A stretch of DNA of 64,000 nucleotides. It comes from Carcharhinus longimanus (Eukaryota). Shown piece after piece: positions 12,400 through 25,720 of the stretch. Positions within the stretch are counted from its first letter, which is position 1. Each line of letters starts with the position of its first letter. The translations under genes and the position numbers were made by a program. Where the stretch lies: the NCBI GenBank assembly GCA_030264375.1, contig JASCQW010000081.1, positions 63,167,368 through 63,231,367 of the forward strand, written 5' to 3'. The notes beneath the pieces are model-generated. The model did not search any database and was not told the origin of the DNA. It saw only the letters and a program-made list of their open reading frames with translations.

Positions 12400-13050
12400 A
12401 CTTAGCTCCTCCTAACTCTGCTGTCCTTTTTCTATCTCGAAGTTCCACTAAACATTAACCCATTTTGACTCTTATTCCACAGACATACTTTATGTCCTTG
12501 TCTTCAAAATGCTCACTGGCCTCATTCTTTCTGATCCCAGTAACCTTAGCCAATAGCACAAATATTCTACAGCTCTCTGCACCTCCAACAATGGTCTCCA
12601 ACACAACATAGCTCCCCTACCCTATTTTGGTTTATTCTTGGTGGCCATGCTTTCACTCACTTAGGCTACATGTTCTAGAATTCTCTCCCTAAAACCTCTC
12701 CACTTCTATCCTCTTGATACAATACCTGAAGTCCATCGAACTGGCCAATTTTAGGTCACTTGTCTCTTCCCCAGAACATAGTGGAGGCTGACTCTATGAA
12801 TTTATTTAAGGTAGAGTTAAACAGACTTCTGTTAGGTAAGGGAGTGAAGGGTTAGGGAAGGCAGACAGGAACGTGGAGTTGAGACCACAACCAGATCAGC
12901 TATGATGTCACTGAATGCTGGAGCAGGCCAGGAGGGCAAAATGGCCTACCCTCCTCTGATGTTTCTAATATTACTTTCACTCAGCAATCTTTATTTGCCA
13001 TATGCAAAGTACCTTTGTTATGTTAAAAGTACTGCACAAATGCAAGTTGG
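12400..13050 (+). mobile_element. decayed L2-like 3' end interrupted by a CR1 3' fragment (about 12770-12965)
   Basis: L2-like ggtggccatgctttc...ctagaattctctccctaaa and tail gttaaaagtactgcacaaatgcaagttg. The CR1 part reads gtggaggctgactctatgaatttatttaaggtagag...ggcctac. Confidence 0.6.
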
Positions 13051-15849
13051 TGACTCAATTTAACTACACAATTGTCAGAATCATGAAATGCTCATTAGGA
13101 TAGAAGACATAAATAACAAATCATTCGGTTCTGAAAACTAACTTAGGCTGCAGTTAAGCTAAAAACAGAAAACCTGCTTAACAATTCCATCAAAACAGGT
13201 TAGTTTTTCTTCACAAAAAATTACTTTCCAAAGGCTAAATTGGATGGCACTAAATGTTATAGTCCGCTAGCTGAGTTAGCGGATATCAACAGATATTGCC
13301 TCAAGTACCATTAATCTAGAGCACCCATTTTCATCTTTTTTTAATGTGGAACATCCCCTGCAAATGTTAAACTCCTCTCTAACATCTTTTCTTAAAAACA
13401 TTCTGGCATACTTTCAGAAAACTACTTCTCAGCAAACTGCAACAGATACAATGTGCCAGTGAAATAAAATGTACTTGAGACACATGATGTCAGGTACACA
13501 GAAGACAGAAGTTTAACATTCATATAACACAAACCCAGGAAGGGGACAGAGAGGGAAATCAGAACAAATCACAGCCAAAATTTCTCCTAACTGCTGCAGC
13601 AAGTACAAACAAGGACAGAAGAGAACCTGAAGCAGGTTTATCTGCAATTCATCTCCCTATTCGCTTACATACAAACCTGACAACTAAAATCTCAAATGAG
13701 AAAGGGTGGGGAAGAGAAAGAGAAGAAACTAACTCTCCAGGGCAAGTCTTCAAAGCAACTCAATATAACTCTAATATTTCATAATGTTTATGACTTTTTA
13801 GTTTTCCTGTTAATTGCTTTTCTGTTTAGTAATGCTACAACTATTACTTAAAAATGTCAATAGCTAAAAGTCACGATGTACAAAGAGCTTTCCATAGAAA
13901 CCACAAATTTCAACTAATTTTCAGTATTTTCTAGTTACAAATTGTAATAGTACCAAATCGTGATCTTGCTGGCCGACATTCTTAAATGTCACAAAGTGCA
14001 AAGATCCAGCAGGATCTTTGCGTTTCAGAAGGATTCAACAGATAAAATGACATCCAATAACTCAATGTGCTTTGTGACTGCAAAATTGGCACAAGATTTT
14101 TTTTGCCAAGAGATTGAGAATTCAAAGTACAGTAAAAAAAAATCTTTATTATCAGCACGCACAGAGAATGGATGGTACTGATTAACAGAGTTCTATTTAC
14201 CAATGGAATAGTCATTTATCTATAGCTTGAACTTTTTAAGTATAAATAATATGCAAGCACTCAGGAAGAAACAGTATTCTTTTACTACTAATCTTCAATA
14301 GTACATTAAAACAGTTTGAAGTATAAAATATTACACTACACAAGCGATTCAAGAGAACCAATCCTCAGCACCCCTTACAAACCAATCCTGAAGACATACA
14401 GAACGAGCCTGAATACAAGCCTTGGATTTTTTATTGAATAAATCCCTGGTGTCATAGCTATGCAGTGGCAACCCAATTAGAACTCACCGCTAACAGGATG
14501 CTACTATTAAGCAGAGACGTTTTATGTGTCACACCAACGAGTACTATTGCATATGAATTTCAATACCAGTGTGATGCTAATACAAGGCCATTAGTCCCAA
14601 AGACTGGTGGATCATATCAAGCAGCATGTCCCAGTTTGCAGTTCGCAATGGGCAAGGTACAAATCATCTTGGGGTTGCAAAATTCAAAGCAGAATTTCCA
14701 ACATTAGATGTGATTGAGACCGGACAACATTTGCTAAAAAATCATAACTGTTTTAAAAATTACACTGACAAACAATTTAACTTGTCAGTTGAGTTGCACA
14801 TGGCCCTATATATGTACTGGAAGCAACATATATTAATATACAGAGTCCTGTTCTTTGCAGAAAGAGAACATGCATATACACTAGACCTATTTCAACAAAA
14901 CAAAGCAAGTCATGGCTGTTCACTGATTCATTCTTCAGGACAATGTCTTGGCCCATCATGGTCATCCTGCCTTGTTTAAATTTCAAATGATACTTGCCAA
15001 ATAACTGTCAATCACCATAAACTGGTGCATTCTGTATGCCAATCTCTACTAACCAGAATCTTATTATTAACCAATCAGCACTCGATTCTCAGACACTATA
15101 AATTGTTGTTTTATCTTACTTTGGTATTCTTGAGGAGTGTCCTAGTTAATGCAAGACAAAAAACTTCAACATGTCTTTTTTCAGGCACACTGAAGTTCTG
15201 TACCACTATGACTTAACCTGCTCAGTAAAGACTATTACAGCTTCCCCACCAGGAAAGGTTTACATGTGAACATTGTGAAAATAGCCTTACAATTTTCACA
15301 AAGTTGATTATTCTGTCATCAGATTAAAATTTGGTTAATTGAAGAGAAATCATTCAAAATCTTTCACCAGGACAGACAAACTTCAGAATCATAATTTAGA
15401 CTAAGAGCAATACAACAACTCAATGGTATTTTTAAAGGAAGACCAAGAAGTTAAACAAGCATAACCACTGCATGACATTTGAGATTTTTGTTTAATAGGC
15501 TAATATACATAAATTGGAGCTCAAAGCTGGTTAACAGAAATGTAATGAAGCAACGGCTGGTAGAGAGCCACAGGTAGCTGTTCATGTGTAGTTCAGGTAT
15601 ATTCCTACAAGGGATAAAGAGAAGGCAATAATAGCTAGAGCACTCAATGACAAAACAGTAAGACGGTAGGAGGGGATAGAAAAGGGTGCAAAATAAATTT
15701 CAGTGGATAACAAAGGGTGAACCAAGCTGAATATAAAAAAGTATAGAGGACAGGTGAAAACGGAAATAAGAGAGTCACTAGTGTATGTGGCAGGACTGCA
15801 GAGCTCGACCTGATCCGTTGGTTGCGGAGTCATTTAGTTTTGTCCACTG

Positions 15850-16219
15850 CATACTGCTTACACTGTTTCACATTCTAATTGTCCTGTGTTGCTGCTCCAC
15901 CAGATTGACACCTCATATTTAGGAATGCCTGGTGTTGCTCCTGGCATGTCCTTCTATATTCTTCATTGAACCAGGACTTGATTGTAATTTAGCACAGTAG
16001 TAGTGCCACACACACAATGGAGGGTATCCTCACAGTGAAGACAGGACTTCATCTCCACAGGCAGTGTGCAGCAGTCAATCCTACAATTACTGTCATGGAC
16101 AGATATGTCTGTGACAGGTAAATTGGATAAGATGGGGGAGGTATGTTTTCCCCAATACTTGGTCCATTCACTACCTGCCACAGGCCCAACCTAGCAACAA
16201 CGCCCTTTAGGACTCAGCA
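15850..16219 (-). mobile_element. LINE endonuclease-region fragment, same family as 50240-50840
   Basis: Reverse complement resembles 50660-50830 (gtcctaaagg...ctgggtctgc...tgtccatgac...ctgtggag). Confidence 0.65.
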
Positions 16220-16445
16220 TAGAGGGTTATAGCATTGAAACAGGCCCTTCGGCCCAACTTGTCCATGCTGCCTTTTTTTTTTTAAGTAAACCCCTTAAGC
16301 TAATCCCAATTGCTCGCATTTGGCCTGTATCCCTCCATACCCGTCGTACCCATGTAATTATCTACATACTTTTTAAAAGATAAAATTGTACCCACCTCTG
16401 CTACTACCTCTGGCAGCTTGTTCCAGACACTCACCACCCTCTGTG
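16220..16445 (-). mobile_element. CR1 3' end
   Basis: gaaacaggcccttcggcccaac...ctctggcagcttgttccagacactcaccaccctctgtg. Runs into a gap. Confidence 0.85.
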
Positions 16446-16460
16446 NNNNNNNNNNNNNNN

Positions 16461-16549
16461 CTATCAAATAAATCAGTTGGACTTAAACCTGGTGTTGTCA
16501 GACTTTTTACTATGTTTACCCCAGTCCAACGCCGGCATATCCACATCAC
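16461..16549 (+). mobile_element. Penelope-like terminal repeat fragment
   Basis: caaataaatcagttggacttaaacctggtgttgtcagac...ccccagtccaacgccggcatatccacatca, recalled as a common shark Penelope-like terminus. Confidence 0.55.
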
Positions 16550-17344
16550 GTCTATCCACACCAAGCGTTTTCCGTGCTGAAGTCCCGGGCAACTGACCAC
16601 ACTAATCTGTATATGCCTGACATGCAGAAGTTGTGTTCATTTTCAGAAGCACAACAATGACAAATAGTTATAGTTGCCATCAACCCGCCATCACACCACA
16701 GCCGTCTCCTACCTCCATTATCACACAAAATCCGTTCCATTTTATTGGGGGAGGAAAAAGTGATGGAGGCACCTAAAGGTCTAGAATAAAGAGTATTCCA
16801 TATATTCCGGGGAGAGACATGCATAGCAATTGTGGATTCCCTTCACAACACAGGAGTGAGCGGCACTGGCAAGGCCAATATTTATTGCCCAAGCCTAGTT
16901 ATTTGGAGGAAGTGAATGCAATCAAAGGTTAAGTTGTTATATTGCTACACTGTTGATCCTCTTACATTGTTTGAGTGAAACTCAACTAACAATATGTTTG
17001 ATCGAGCACTTTACAGCTTTACAACTGCAATAGCTTCAAATCATTAAGACCGCATCTTTTTCTTGAATAGCTGTTGCTATTGACAGGTCTTCTTGGCCCA
17101 TCTTTTGTTTTACCATTCTATTACCACCCACTTTTCTTGCCACCAGTCCCCTTTTCCTACTTTTCCACCTAACACAGACCACCCCTTGCATATCCTTTGT
17201 TGTCCACCGCCTTCCTTTCCCCTGGCCTTTGAATTGTTTAAAAACTGTACAATCTCGATTTTTCCCAGTTTTTACAAAAGGACACTGATTTGCATTTTCC
17301 ATTTCTATTTCAAATTGCCATTATTTTGCTTTTCTTTGAATGAG

Positions 17345-19336
17345 ACACAAGGTAGTGTTGTGGTGAACATTTTAATTTTTTTAATCCTATGCGGCTAGGG
17401 ATCAGTCAGGTGGTTGATAAAAAACACTGGAATACTTAGAAGGGGGAACACATTTTTAAATAATTACATTTATCAAAAATAATTTTTAAAAATTTAACAA
17501 GTGTTTGAAATGTATTTGTACAGAAAACAAAACGTCAATTACGCTCAACTGGGAGAAGAAAACATAGGTCTCTAAAACAATTAGCAGAAGCGAGATGTGT
17601 AGACCGGATATTCACAAAAAAGGTGTCCGTAACATTTCAATAAAATTATGCTTTAACAGCTTGCATTCATATTTTGCCTTTAGTGTAGAAATACAAAGAT
17701 CCTTTCGAGATAACAAAAAACTCAGTAAGCCATGGTCGGTGTATTAGAAACTTGGTCAAAATGTTGGGGTTTAAGTAAGCTTTTGAAAATGGGACAATAA
17801 ATAAAGTTATAGCCAGGGCGCTCCTGAAATAAGTTTGAGGAAACTGGATGAGAGTTAGTGCAGCATCTCGTCAGTAACCATCAAGAAACTGGCCCAATGT
17901 TTGCAGATGTAGAGTTGAAATATACAAAGAAGCATTTTGCTCAGACGCCCCCCCACATTACAAAAATTGGTTCCACAATAAAATTTTAAAAAAAGACTGC
18001 CCTATAGCGATAGCACACAGTCTAAATGAACAGAGTGTGGCATGAAATCCTGCCAACAAGAGCAGGACAATCGGACAGTCCAAAGATGTGCAGGATAGGC
18101 AGATTTGCCTTAGGGCTTTAGAGATTGGATAGGGCGGAGGGTCTGGGTGACGTACTCTTTCAGATGGTTAGTGCAGACTCGGTGGGGTGAATGGCTTTTT
18201 TCTACACTGTAGGGTTTCTAAGGTCCGACGGCAGCCCTAATAGCGTCAGAACTCAGTAGTGGCCATTGATAGGACTACACGGCAACCCAGGGAAGAGGAA
18301 CCTAGATTCAAGATGTAGGTAAGCTTTTTAGGGCAGAAGGAATCTGGCACCCTTGGGAAGAAGGCAACAGGGATGAGGGGACAGAGTTTAGAGGGCAGGC
18401 AGGAAGGCACAGAGAAGAAGGACTATCATCTTTGCGGTTGTCTCCCATAGGCACCAGCCACCAAAAGATGAATTCTACCTTTTGCTCTTTCATCCCAGAC
18501 GGTGAAAAAATGGACTTCTACTCTCACCTTCATGCCCATGCCAACTGCATTATGGCATATTTCGGTATGTCAAAAGCTCAATTGCCCATTCATGATTTTT
18601 ATTTTAAGAGGGCTGCCAATTTTGGCCCCTGCTCGCCCACAGTATTATGGTCAGGAGTGGACAGAAAAACAATGGGCTAGCCATTGGTTTTAATTTAACA
18701 TTTCCAGCACTCCCCCGCCCCCCATGCTGAAAACATGCACAAAAGAGGGAGGGAGGGAGGGAAGCGCTATAAATTCCATCACTTAGTCTGACTAAGTATG
18801 CAAAATAAGGAAGGGGCGATGGTGAAGGGGCAGCAAAACTGAATGAGTTAACAAATTATCATCAAGTCCATAAAAAAGCAACTGCTTTATGAGTTCCCTT
18901 GTTAACACTTCTGATACTACTTTTTCCATCTTCAGAGACTTACTTGAAGCCTACCTTTTTGACCAAATTTCTAACTCTCTCACCATAGCTCATTTTTTAA
19001 ATGACTGCTGTAAAGCTTCTTTCAATATGTTTTTACACTAATGGCAGAATATGAATGAGAACTTGAAACAAGTAGATTTTAAAATTGAAATGCTTTCAGT
19101 AACTTGTCTACAAAGATTGCCTGACAATATTTTGCTGCACTTTGTTGTATAATGGTCCATTCTCTCAATTTAGATAATTGAGTGATAGCACTCAAAAGAA
19201 AAGATGTTGCAACACTAACACAAGGTAGTGTTGCGGTAAACATTTTACAATTTTTTTAATTCTATGTGGCTAGGGAGCAGTCAGGTGGTTGATAAGAAAT
19301 ACTGGAATATTTAGAAGAGGGAATACATTTTTAAAT
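17345..19336 (+). repeat. pair of ~118-bp direct repeats (17345-17461 and 19218-19336)
   Basis: Manual alignment gives 10 substitutions and one 2-nt indel. Confidence 0.95.
18075..18222 (+). mobile_element. HE1-like SINE, 3' half
   Basis: cagtccaaagatgtgcaggataggcagatt...gtgcagactcggtggggtgaatggc...ctacactgtagggtttcta. Confidence 0.75.
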
Positions 19337-20399
19337 GTCTGCTTCTTTTAATGCACTTCTGTGGACAAATATAGGTAGAGCTTGTGTTTCATTGTGTGGT
19401 CTAGACATGGTTTTTCTTCCAAAGTATGCTGCTCAAATCTGTAGTTTCCAAAGCTATTATTCTTTAATTGTAGGAAGATTTTACCCAATTGGACCGCCGT
19501 ATGAGTTTGGAATTTCTTCCTGCTTCCAGATCTCTCTTACCTCTCAGTCATGTGTCATGATATCATTATCACATCAGCATCATGTTTGCATCTGATGTTA
19601 ACCTTACCTCTACACCGAACCTTACCTGATTTGTCTTGTGCAGAGTTAAATCAAGTACGTAATTTTAGGATTTCAACTATAGACCATAGGCATCTCTGCA
19701 GGTACATTTCTTGATAAACCAATACAGGACTGTTGGTGTCTTCAGTATCAATGTGTAACCTAAGTTTGTTCAACAAAGTTTGTAAAAGGACTTTTGCATT
19801 GAGGAATGTTTGATTGTGATGTCTTAAATCTGAACTACTTAAGACCAAGTTGTTCAGCAAGATCCAAGCATAGATCACAATTGTACAATCGTACTCTTGG
19901 TTTTAGATATTAACTATTGGAATTAGTAGATCTTGGTACAAGATCAGCAGATGGAGCTAGCTGCAAAAGTTTTAAGCATTTTCCTAGGCACTGCTTCATC
20001 CAGTCTCTTGGCAGTCAGCTAAATTAGTACCCGTAAAAGTATCAGGCCGCTTAGCTGCAGCATGGAATTAATTCTAATGATTGATACGGCCAAATAACTA
20101 TTTGTGTCAATACTTCCATTAAGCCCTGTACATAGTATATAAAAAAAAATGAAAGCTTAAATAAACCTGGCAGTTTTTTTTTTAAATTGGAAAAAATAAA
20201 CAGCCACATTAACAGGATGCCAGCTGATGTCCAATAAAAATTTCATTTCTTTTAAGCCATTTCATAACTGGCTTAGATTTTCTCTTTGATAAATAACCTT
20301 CAATATTGTAAAAAGAAGTCTGATCAACACTAAAGGCAAACAAAGAAAACAGTGCAATTAAGTGGCTGAGATTTAAATGCCAGTCTTTTTTTTCTATTT

Positions 20400-22002
20400 T
20401 AAGTTTGTTCATACTATCCAAATTTCCTCTAAAGTGCTGCCCTGCCCCAGATCTTTCTCCAATTTCCCCCGCCTACTTTCTCCGAGCTCATCTTGTCCAC
20501 AAATTCCTGTTGCTGTGATCCTATTCCCAAAAACTGCTGATTATCCAACTTCCCCTCACGGTACTTATATTAACCAATCTTGTAAATGGCTCTCTCGTTA
20601 GATTTGCCCTCTCTCCTTTAAATATACTGTCACCATCACCTATCTCATGAAAAAACAACAAATTCTTGCCCCCACTATCCTTGCAAAATACCCATCCCAT
20701 CTCCACAACTCACTCCCACCGATCTCTCTCAAGTCCCTGAATGTCCTTGTCACCTCCCAAATCAGTTTCTGTTTTTCCCAAAGCTCCACATTTGAAACGC
20801 TCCAATCAGGTTTCCACCTTGCCACCAAAACACCACCTCAATTTCACAAATGACATCCAATTTAACTATGACAAAGGTAAAATTTCCTCCTTATCTTTCT
20901 CAACATGGTGTAGTATTTAACAGAATTGACAAAGCCGTCCTTTTCCAACACCTCTGTCGTCCAGTTGGATGAGACCGTTTTCATGAGGTTCCATTCTTAA
21001 TTATCTAATCATAGCCAAGAAATAATTTGCAATGGTTCTCTCGCTTTCCTTGCACTATTATCTCTGGTGTTCACCTAAGGCCAATCCTTGGCCTGCCCCC
21101 ACTTCTCACTACATGCTCCCCTTGGCAGCCTCATCCAAAAACAGTGTTAATTTCATACCTAATCTGACAACACCAGCTCTGCCTTAGCACTCTCTCTCTC
21201 AACTTGGCTTCAGTGTTGCTAAATTATGAGAGCTTATCCAATATCCAGTACTGGATGAGCAAACATTTCCTCTAATTAAATATAGGGAAAACAAAAGCCA
21301 TTGTTTTTGATTCTTGCTCCAAGCTCTGTTCCACAGCTACCATTCCATCCCTCACCCTGGCAACAGCTTATGATTAAAATTGTCAGTTCAAATTCAATGA
21401 CATGTTTGATCCTGAGATGAGCAAACCTCATATCTGCGTGATGGCTAAGACCACCTGCTACTACCTTCATACTATTGCCCAATTTGGCCAGTCTCTGTCC
21501 ATCGGCTGCTGAAACCCTCATTCACGTTATTGTATCATTTGTAAACTTGTGACCACCCAAAACTCTGCTGCCTGTGCAATAACCTGTGCCAAATCCCATT
21601 CCCGTATTAATCCTGTGTTTGTTAGCCTATACTGACTCCTGGTCAAGCACTAATTTGATTTTAAAATTCTCATCTTTGTTTCCAAATTCCTCTTTGGTCT
21701 CACCATTCCTATTTCTATAATCTCCTCCAGCCCCAGAACCCTCTGAATATCTACACTCCTTTAATTCTGACCTCTTGTGCATCTCCAATTTTAATTGCTT
21801 CACCATCAGTAGCTGCATCTCCACTTTTCTAGACACCAATCTAGAGAATACCTCACTGCAGGTCTCTACTTTGCGTTCCTCCTATAAAACCTTCCTCTCT
21901 GACTAAGCTCTTGAACACATCTCCCAACTGTCCTTACATGACATATTGTACACCTGTGAAGTGCCTTGGGACAAAGGGCTGGTATGAATCTAAGCTGTTA
22001 TC
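20400..22002 (+). mobile_element. decayed L2-clade LINE (RT to 3' end)
   Basis: Remnant RT motif FETLQSGFH in ORF 20647-20853, then cacaaatgacatc and ctgacaacaccagctct. L2-type tail tgtgaagtgccttgggac...aagctgttat. Confidence 0.8.
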
Positions 22003-23089
22003 ACTTACAATTATTTCAAAAAATCATTTTACATTTGTGAACTCTTTATCCATAATCTTGCAACGGTAAAGCCCAGGGATAGAATTCAGCAAGCAGTAAC
22101 TTTATGCAAGTTAAATGTCACTCAAAACACTATCCCATTGTTTAACAAAGCAGAATTATAGCAGGTTTTTTCTGATTTACAAAATATACACATTTTTTTT
22201 TTAAGATCACAACAACTCTTAACAGCAGTGCCCAATGGCTTCAAGGCAGCTCACCTGCCTTTAATTAACAGAAAAGGGAGATTGTCTTGGACTCTGAACA
22301 TAATCCTGATATTTGCAATGTGAGATAACTTGTGTACAGTCTCTTCAATTTACCTTGATTGTCCAGGATGGAAACTTTCCTATTTTAAGATTGAAGAAAC
22401 ACATGAATGTTTTGTTGCATGTCTCTGATTTATCCGCAAGCATAAACCTGACCTATAAGCAGTTCCGAAAAGGCACATAAAAGACAGCTAAGTATACATT
22501 TAAAACTTGAAATATTTACTCCTTCATGCTTTTGATATTCTTGTGAATTTTATTTTCAGCTTACCTCAACTACAAGGTCTTCCTATTCTCATAGTGAAAA
22601 TCTATTCTTCACTTGCTAGGTAAACATTTTGTGAAGTATGGAAAAGAAACTTAACTGAATCAGTCAAGGAAAATTAACATGGAGTGAAGCTGTCAGGATC
22701 ATCAAGTTATAATGTATCAATTGCAAACAAAGACACTTTCACATTTCAAACCCATAATGGCCCAATTTGCTTAATGTCTTTGCTTTGTCAGGTCTCCACT
22801 TCCTTACTCTCAAAATGTAACATTCCCCTGTGACAGAAGTCTGAAAATACGTAACAATAATAAGCCTACAGCTAAAAGTTTAAAAACACGAAATACAAGA
22901 CACGCATGCATCTTTCATCACCAACTGGTACGTGAAAAAATATGCACCTAACATAGACCAACTAGATACAACATATTAAATAAGGCATTTTTTAATGTTT
23001 AATTGTTACCTATGGATAAAATATGATTTTATGCAAGTATCAGGAAGGATCAGAGGATCAAGCTACGAATTCTCCAAAAAGAGCTAGTT

Positions 23090-23690
23090 AAACTTCTTCA
23101 CTGTGTCCACAAGCATGGCCCCCAACCTTCTTTGCTTGCCATTTCAACTCAACACTGTGCTCTCGAGCCCATATGTCCATCCTAGTCCAACACAGACTGG
23201 AAAAACAAGACTCCACCTTCCAAATTGGCACATTATAGCCTTCAGAACTTAACATTTAATTCAACAATGTTAGAACGCTATTCCCTCTGTAACTTAAACC
23301 TTACCCCTTCTGTTTTGTAGTTTGTTATCTGTTACTTTTCAGCTCACTGGCGTGGCCCACCTCTCCCCCATTTGGCCACCACTCCCGGGCTGCTCAGTTG
23401 CTCCCATTAATGCATTCTGTTATCTCACCTTTTGCTACCATTAGCACTCTTCATCCCTTAATGCCACCATTAACACTCCCCTTTGTCATATGCCCAAGTC
23501 AAATTTGCCTGCATCTCCTTTGCCTCGACCTATCCCTAGTTTTTTATTCTGTCCACTTCTCCACTCCCCCTTTCCAACTATATAATGTTGCACATTTCTA
23601 CCTTGCTCCAGTTCTATAGAATATTTCTATTTTTCTCGACAGATATTACCATCCTGCTGAATTTATCCAGCATTTTCTGTTTTTATTATA
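23090..23690 (+). mobile_element. Penelope-like element 3' region
   Basis: GIY-YIG-end-like ttgcttgccatttcaac...ttggcacattatagcct, a pyrimidine-rich UTR, and terminus cctgctgaatttatccagcattttctgtttttatt. A similar terminus occurs at 1-42. Confidence 0.65.
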
Positions 23691-24292
23691 GCTAGTGAAA
23701 CTGTTGTTTAATTATTTGTCATTAACAAATATGATGATCAAAAAGTTTGGGAAAATAATCTTTACATTTACATTCACCTTTATATATAAAGTGCATGTCA
23801 ATCTTCTATTCAGCACAGGGTCAATACAGTGCACTTTAAATGGGAGAGGGGCCAGGTAGAATCAAAACTATTTCCCTCATTTACGTGTTATAAAACCTTT
23901 TGAATTACCACCATTTAAGAAACCAATGTATTGGCCTGCAGAGATAGTTAGTAACCCCTATATAAGTTGCAAAATGAAACATCAGAACACTTCATTTAAA
24001 AAGCACGCAAATGATACATTGCCATTAAAAAGAATAGCTTCAGGGAAGTTGGTGTTGCCAATACTAATTTCATTTTACTCTTAGTATTGGATTAGACAGC
24101 AAAACTCTATGGTAGTACTTTACTGTGTTCTGTGCTTTGGGAAAACATGTAGCAATACAGATCAAGTCTCCAGTCACACCCTGTTTACAACAACAAGCTC
24201 CTTCTTCCCGTCATGCCAGGTTGAATCATGCAGTGTTCTTCAAAATTCATTTCAAACAGCTTGTGTATTCAACAATTGTTAAGAGCCACTTT

Positions 24293-24541
24293 GATGATCT
24301 TATTGAATGGCGGGGCAGGCTCGAAGGGCTAGATGGCCTACTCCTGCTCCTATTTCTTATGTTCTTATGNNNNNNNNNNNNNNNNNNNNNNNNNNNNNNN
24401 NNNNNNNNNNNNNNNNNNNNNNNNNNNNNNNNNNNNNNNNNNNNNNNNNNNNNNNNNNNNNNNNNNNNNTCTTATTGAATGGCGGGGCAGGCTCGAAGGG
24501 CTAGATGGCCTACTCCTGCTCCTATTTCTTATGTTCTTATG
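24293..24541 (+). mobile_element. young CR1 3' tail, present on both sides of a 100-N gap
   Basis: tcttattgaatggcggggcaggctcgaagggctagatggcctactcctgctcctatttcttatgttcttatg is identical left and right of the gap. Confidence 0.9.
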
Positions 24542-25499
24542 ATGACTCCTTCCTCATTAAATCTCAAAAGGTTTCTTCTAATTTGTCATTGCCTTTTCAA
24601 GTACAGCACCAGCTCTCACCAGCATTCTGCTTAGTTACCAACAAAATAAAGTTGTTTCTTGCTCTTTGAAGCTGTAACTGCTCCGTTGCCCTTGTTTTTT
24701 TTTCTCTCTGTCTCTCTTTCCAAAAGCAAATGACTCTCTTCCTGGGTCAAGGTGTAAAAACTGTCATTTGCTTTTCAATAGCTTTTGGTCTGCATTTCTT
24801 TCCTCAAGACCAGGTCACATGGACCTGTCTCCAAGCAGGGGTTTTAATATGATCACCAAACCTCTTCACGATACCCGACTATCCAGAAAATTCTGCTTTC
24901 CCTTAAACTACAGGAGACATTTAAAAACACAACTATTCATTGCAATTAGATAAGACAGTGCAACAGGATTGGCCTGTTGTGTCTGCCTCTGATTGGCCCA
25001 GTCTAGAATTCGCTGCTCTTAATACTGCTCTATGCACTTACTCCTGAAATATGTCTCTAAATTCCCCAAACTCCTTAACGGTTACCACCATCTTTCCATT
25101 CAAATACAATTAGTCAAATTCCCCAAAATGCCTATGAAGCTTTTAATTTTAAAAATTACATACCACTCTATGACACCTTATAAGTCTTTCAGAGAAAGAA
25201 AGGGATTATCAACTCAGCATCAAGGCAAAGAGAGATTTTAAAGGATCCTAGCTAAAGTCTTCAACTTTATCCTAACAAACACTGCTTCCTTGAAGCTGGA
25301 TAATAAATCCAAACATCTCTTGTCGGCCGGGCTAAGAGTCCATATGTAATCAATACAAAAAAATAAGAATAACTTCCACACAAGTGTGGGATGTGTGTTG
25401 GAGAGGTTCAGTTTCTGTGTATTCTTACTCTCCATCTTGTCTGGGTTCCCCTTATCCTGTGTATATGTGGCTAAATCAACCTGTTCCTGTCTCGTTTTG

Positions 25500-25720
25500 C
25501 TTAGCGGCTTTGTCAATGGTCTGGATCAAGACAGGTTAAAATTGGAAGATTGCAAATCTGGGGAAATGTAAGGATATTCACTTTGGCAGGAAGAACAGAA
25601 AACGAGAATAGTATTTGAATGGAGAAAGACTGCAGCATAATACAGTACTGAAGGGTCTGGGTGGCCTTGTACAGGAAGGCTGAATGGCCTAATCCTGTTC
25701 CTATTTCTTCTGTTTGCATA
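25500..25720 (+). mobile_element. CR1 fragment with internal deletion
   Basis: tggggaaatgtaaggatattcactttggcaggaagaacag...agggtctgggtggccttgtac is joined directly to the tail ggctgaatggcctaatcctgttcctattt. Confidence 0.75.

Noticed and set aside
19560-20050. Complex-looking non-repetitive stretch with a 75-aa minus ORF
   Set aside because: No recognisable protein motif, and the other frame I translated has a stop. It may be an old element but cannot be supported.
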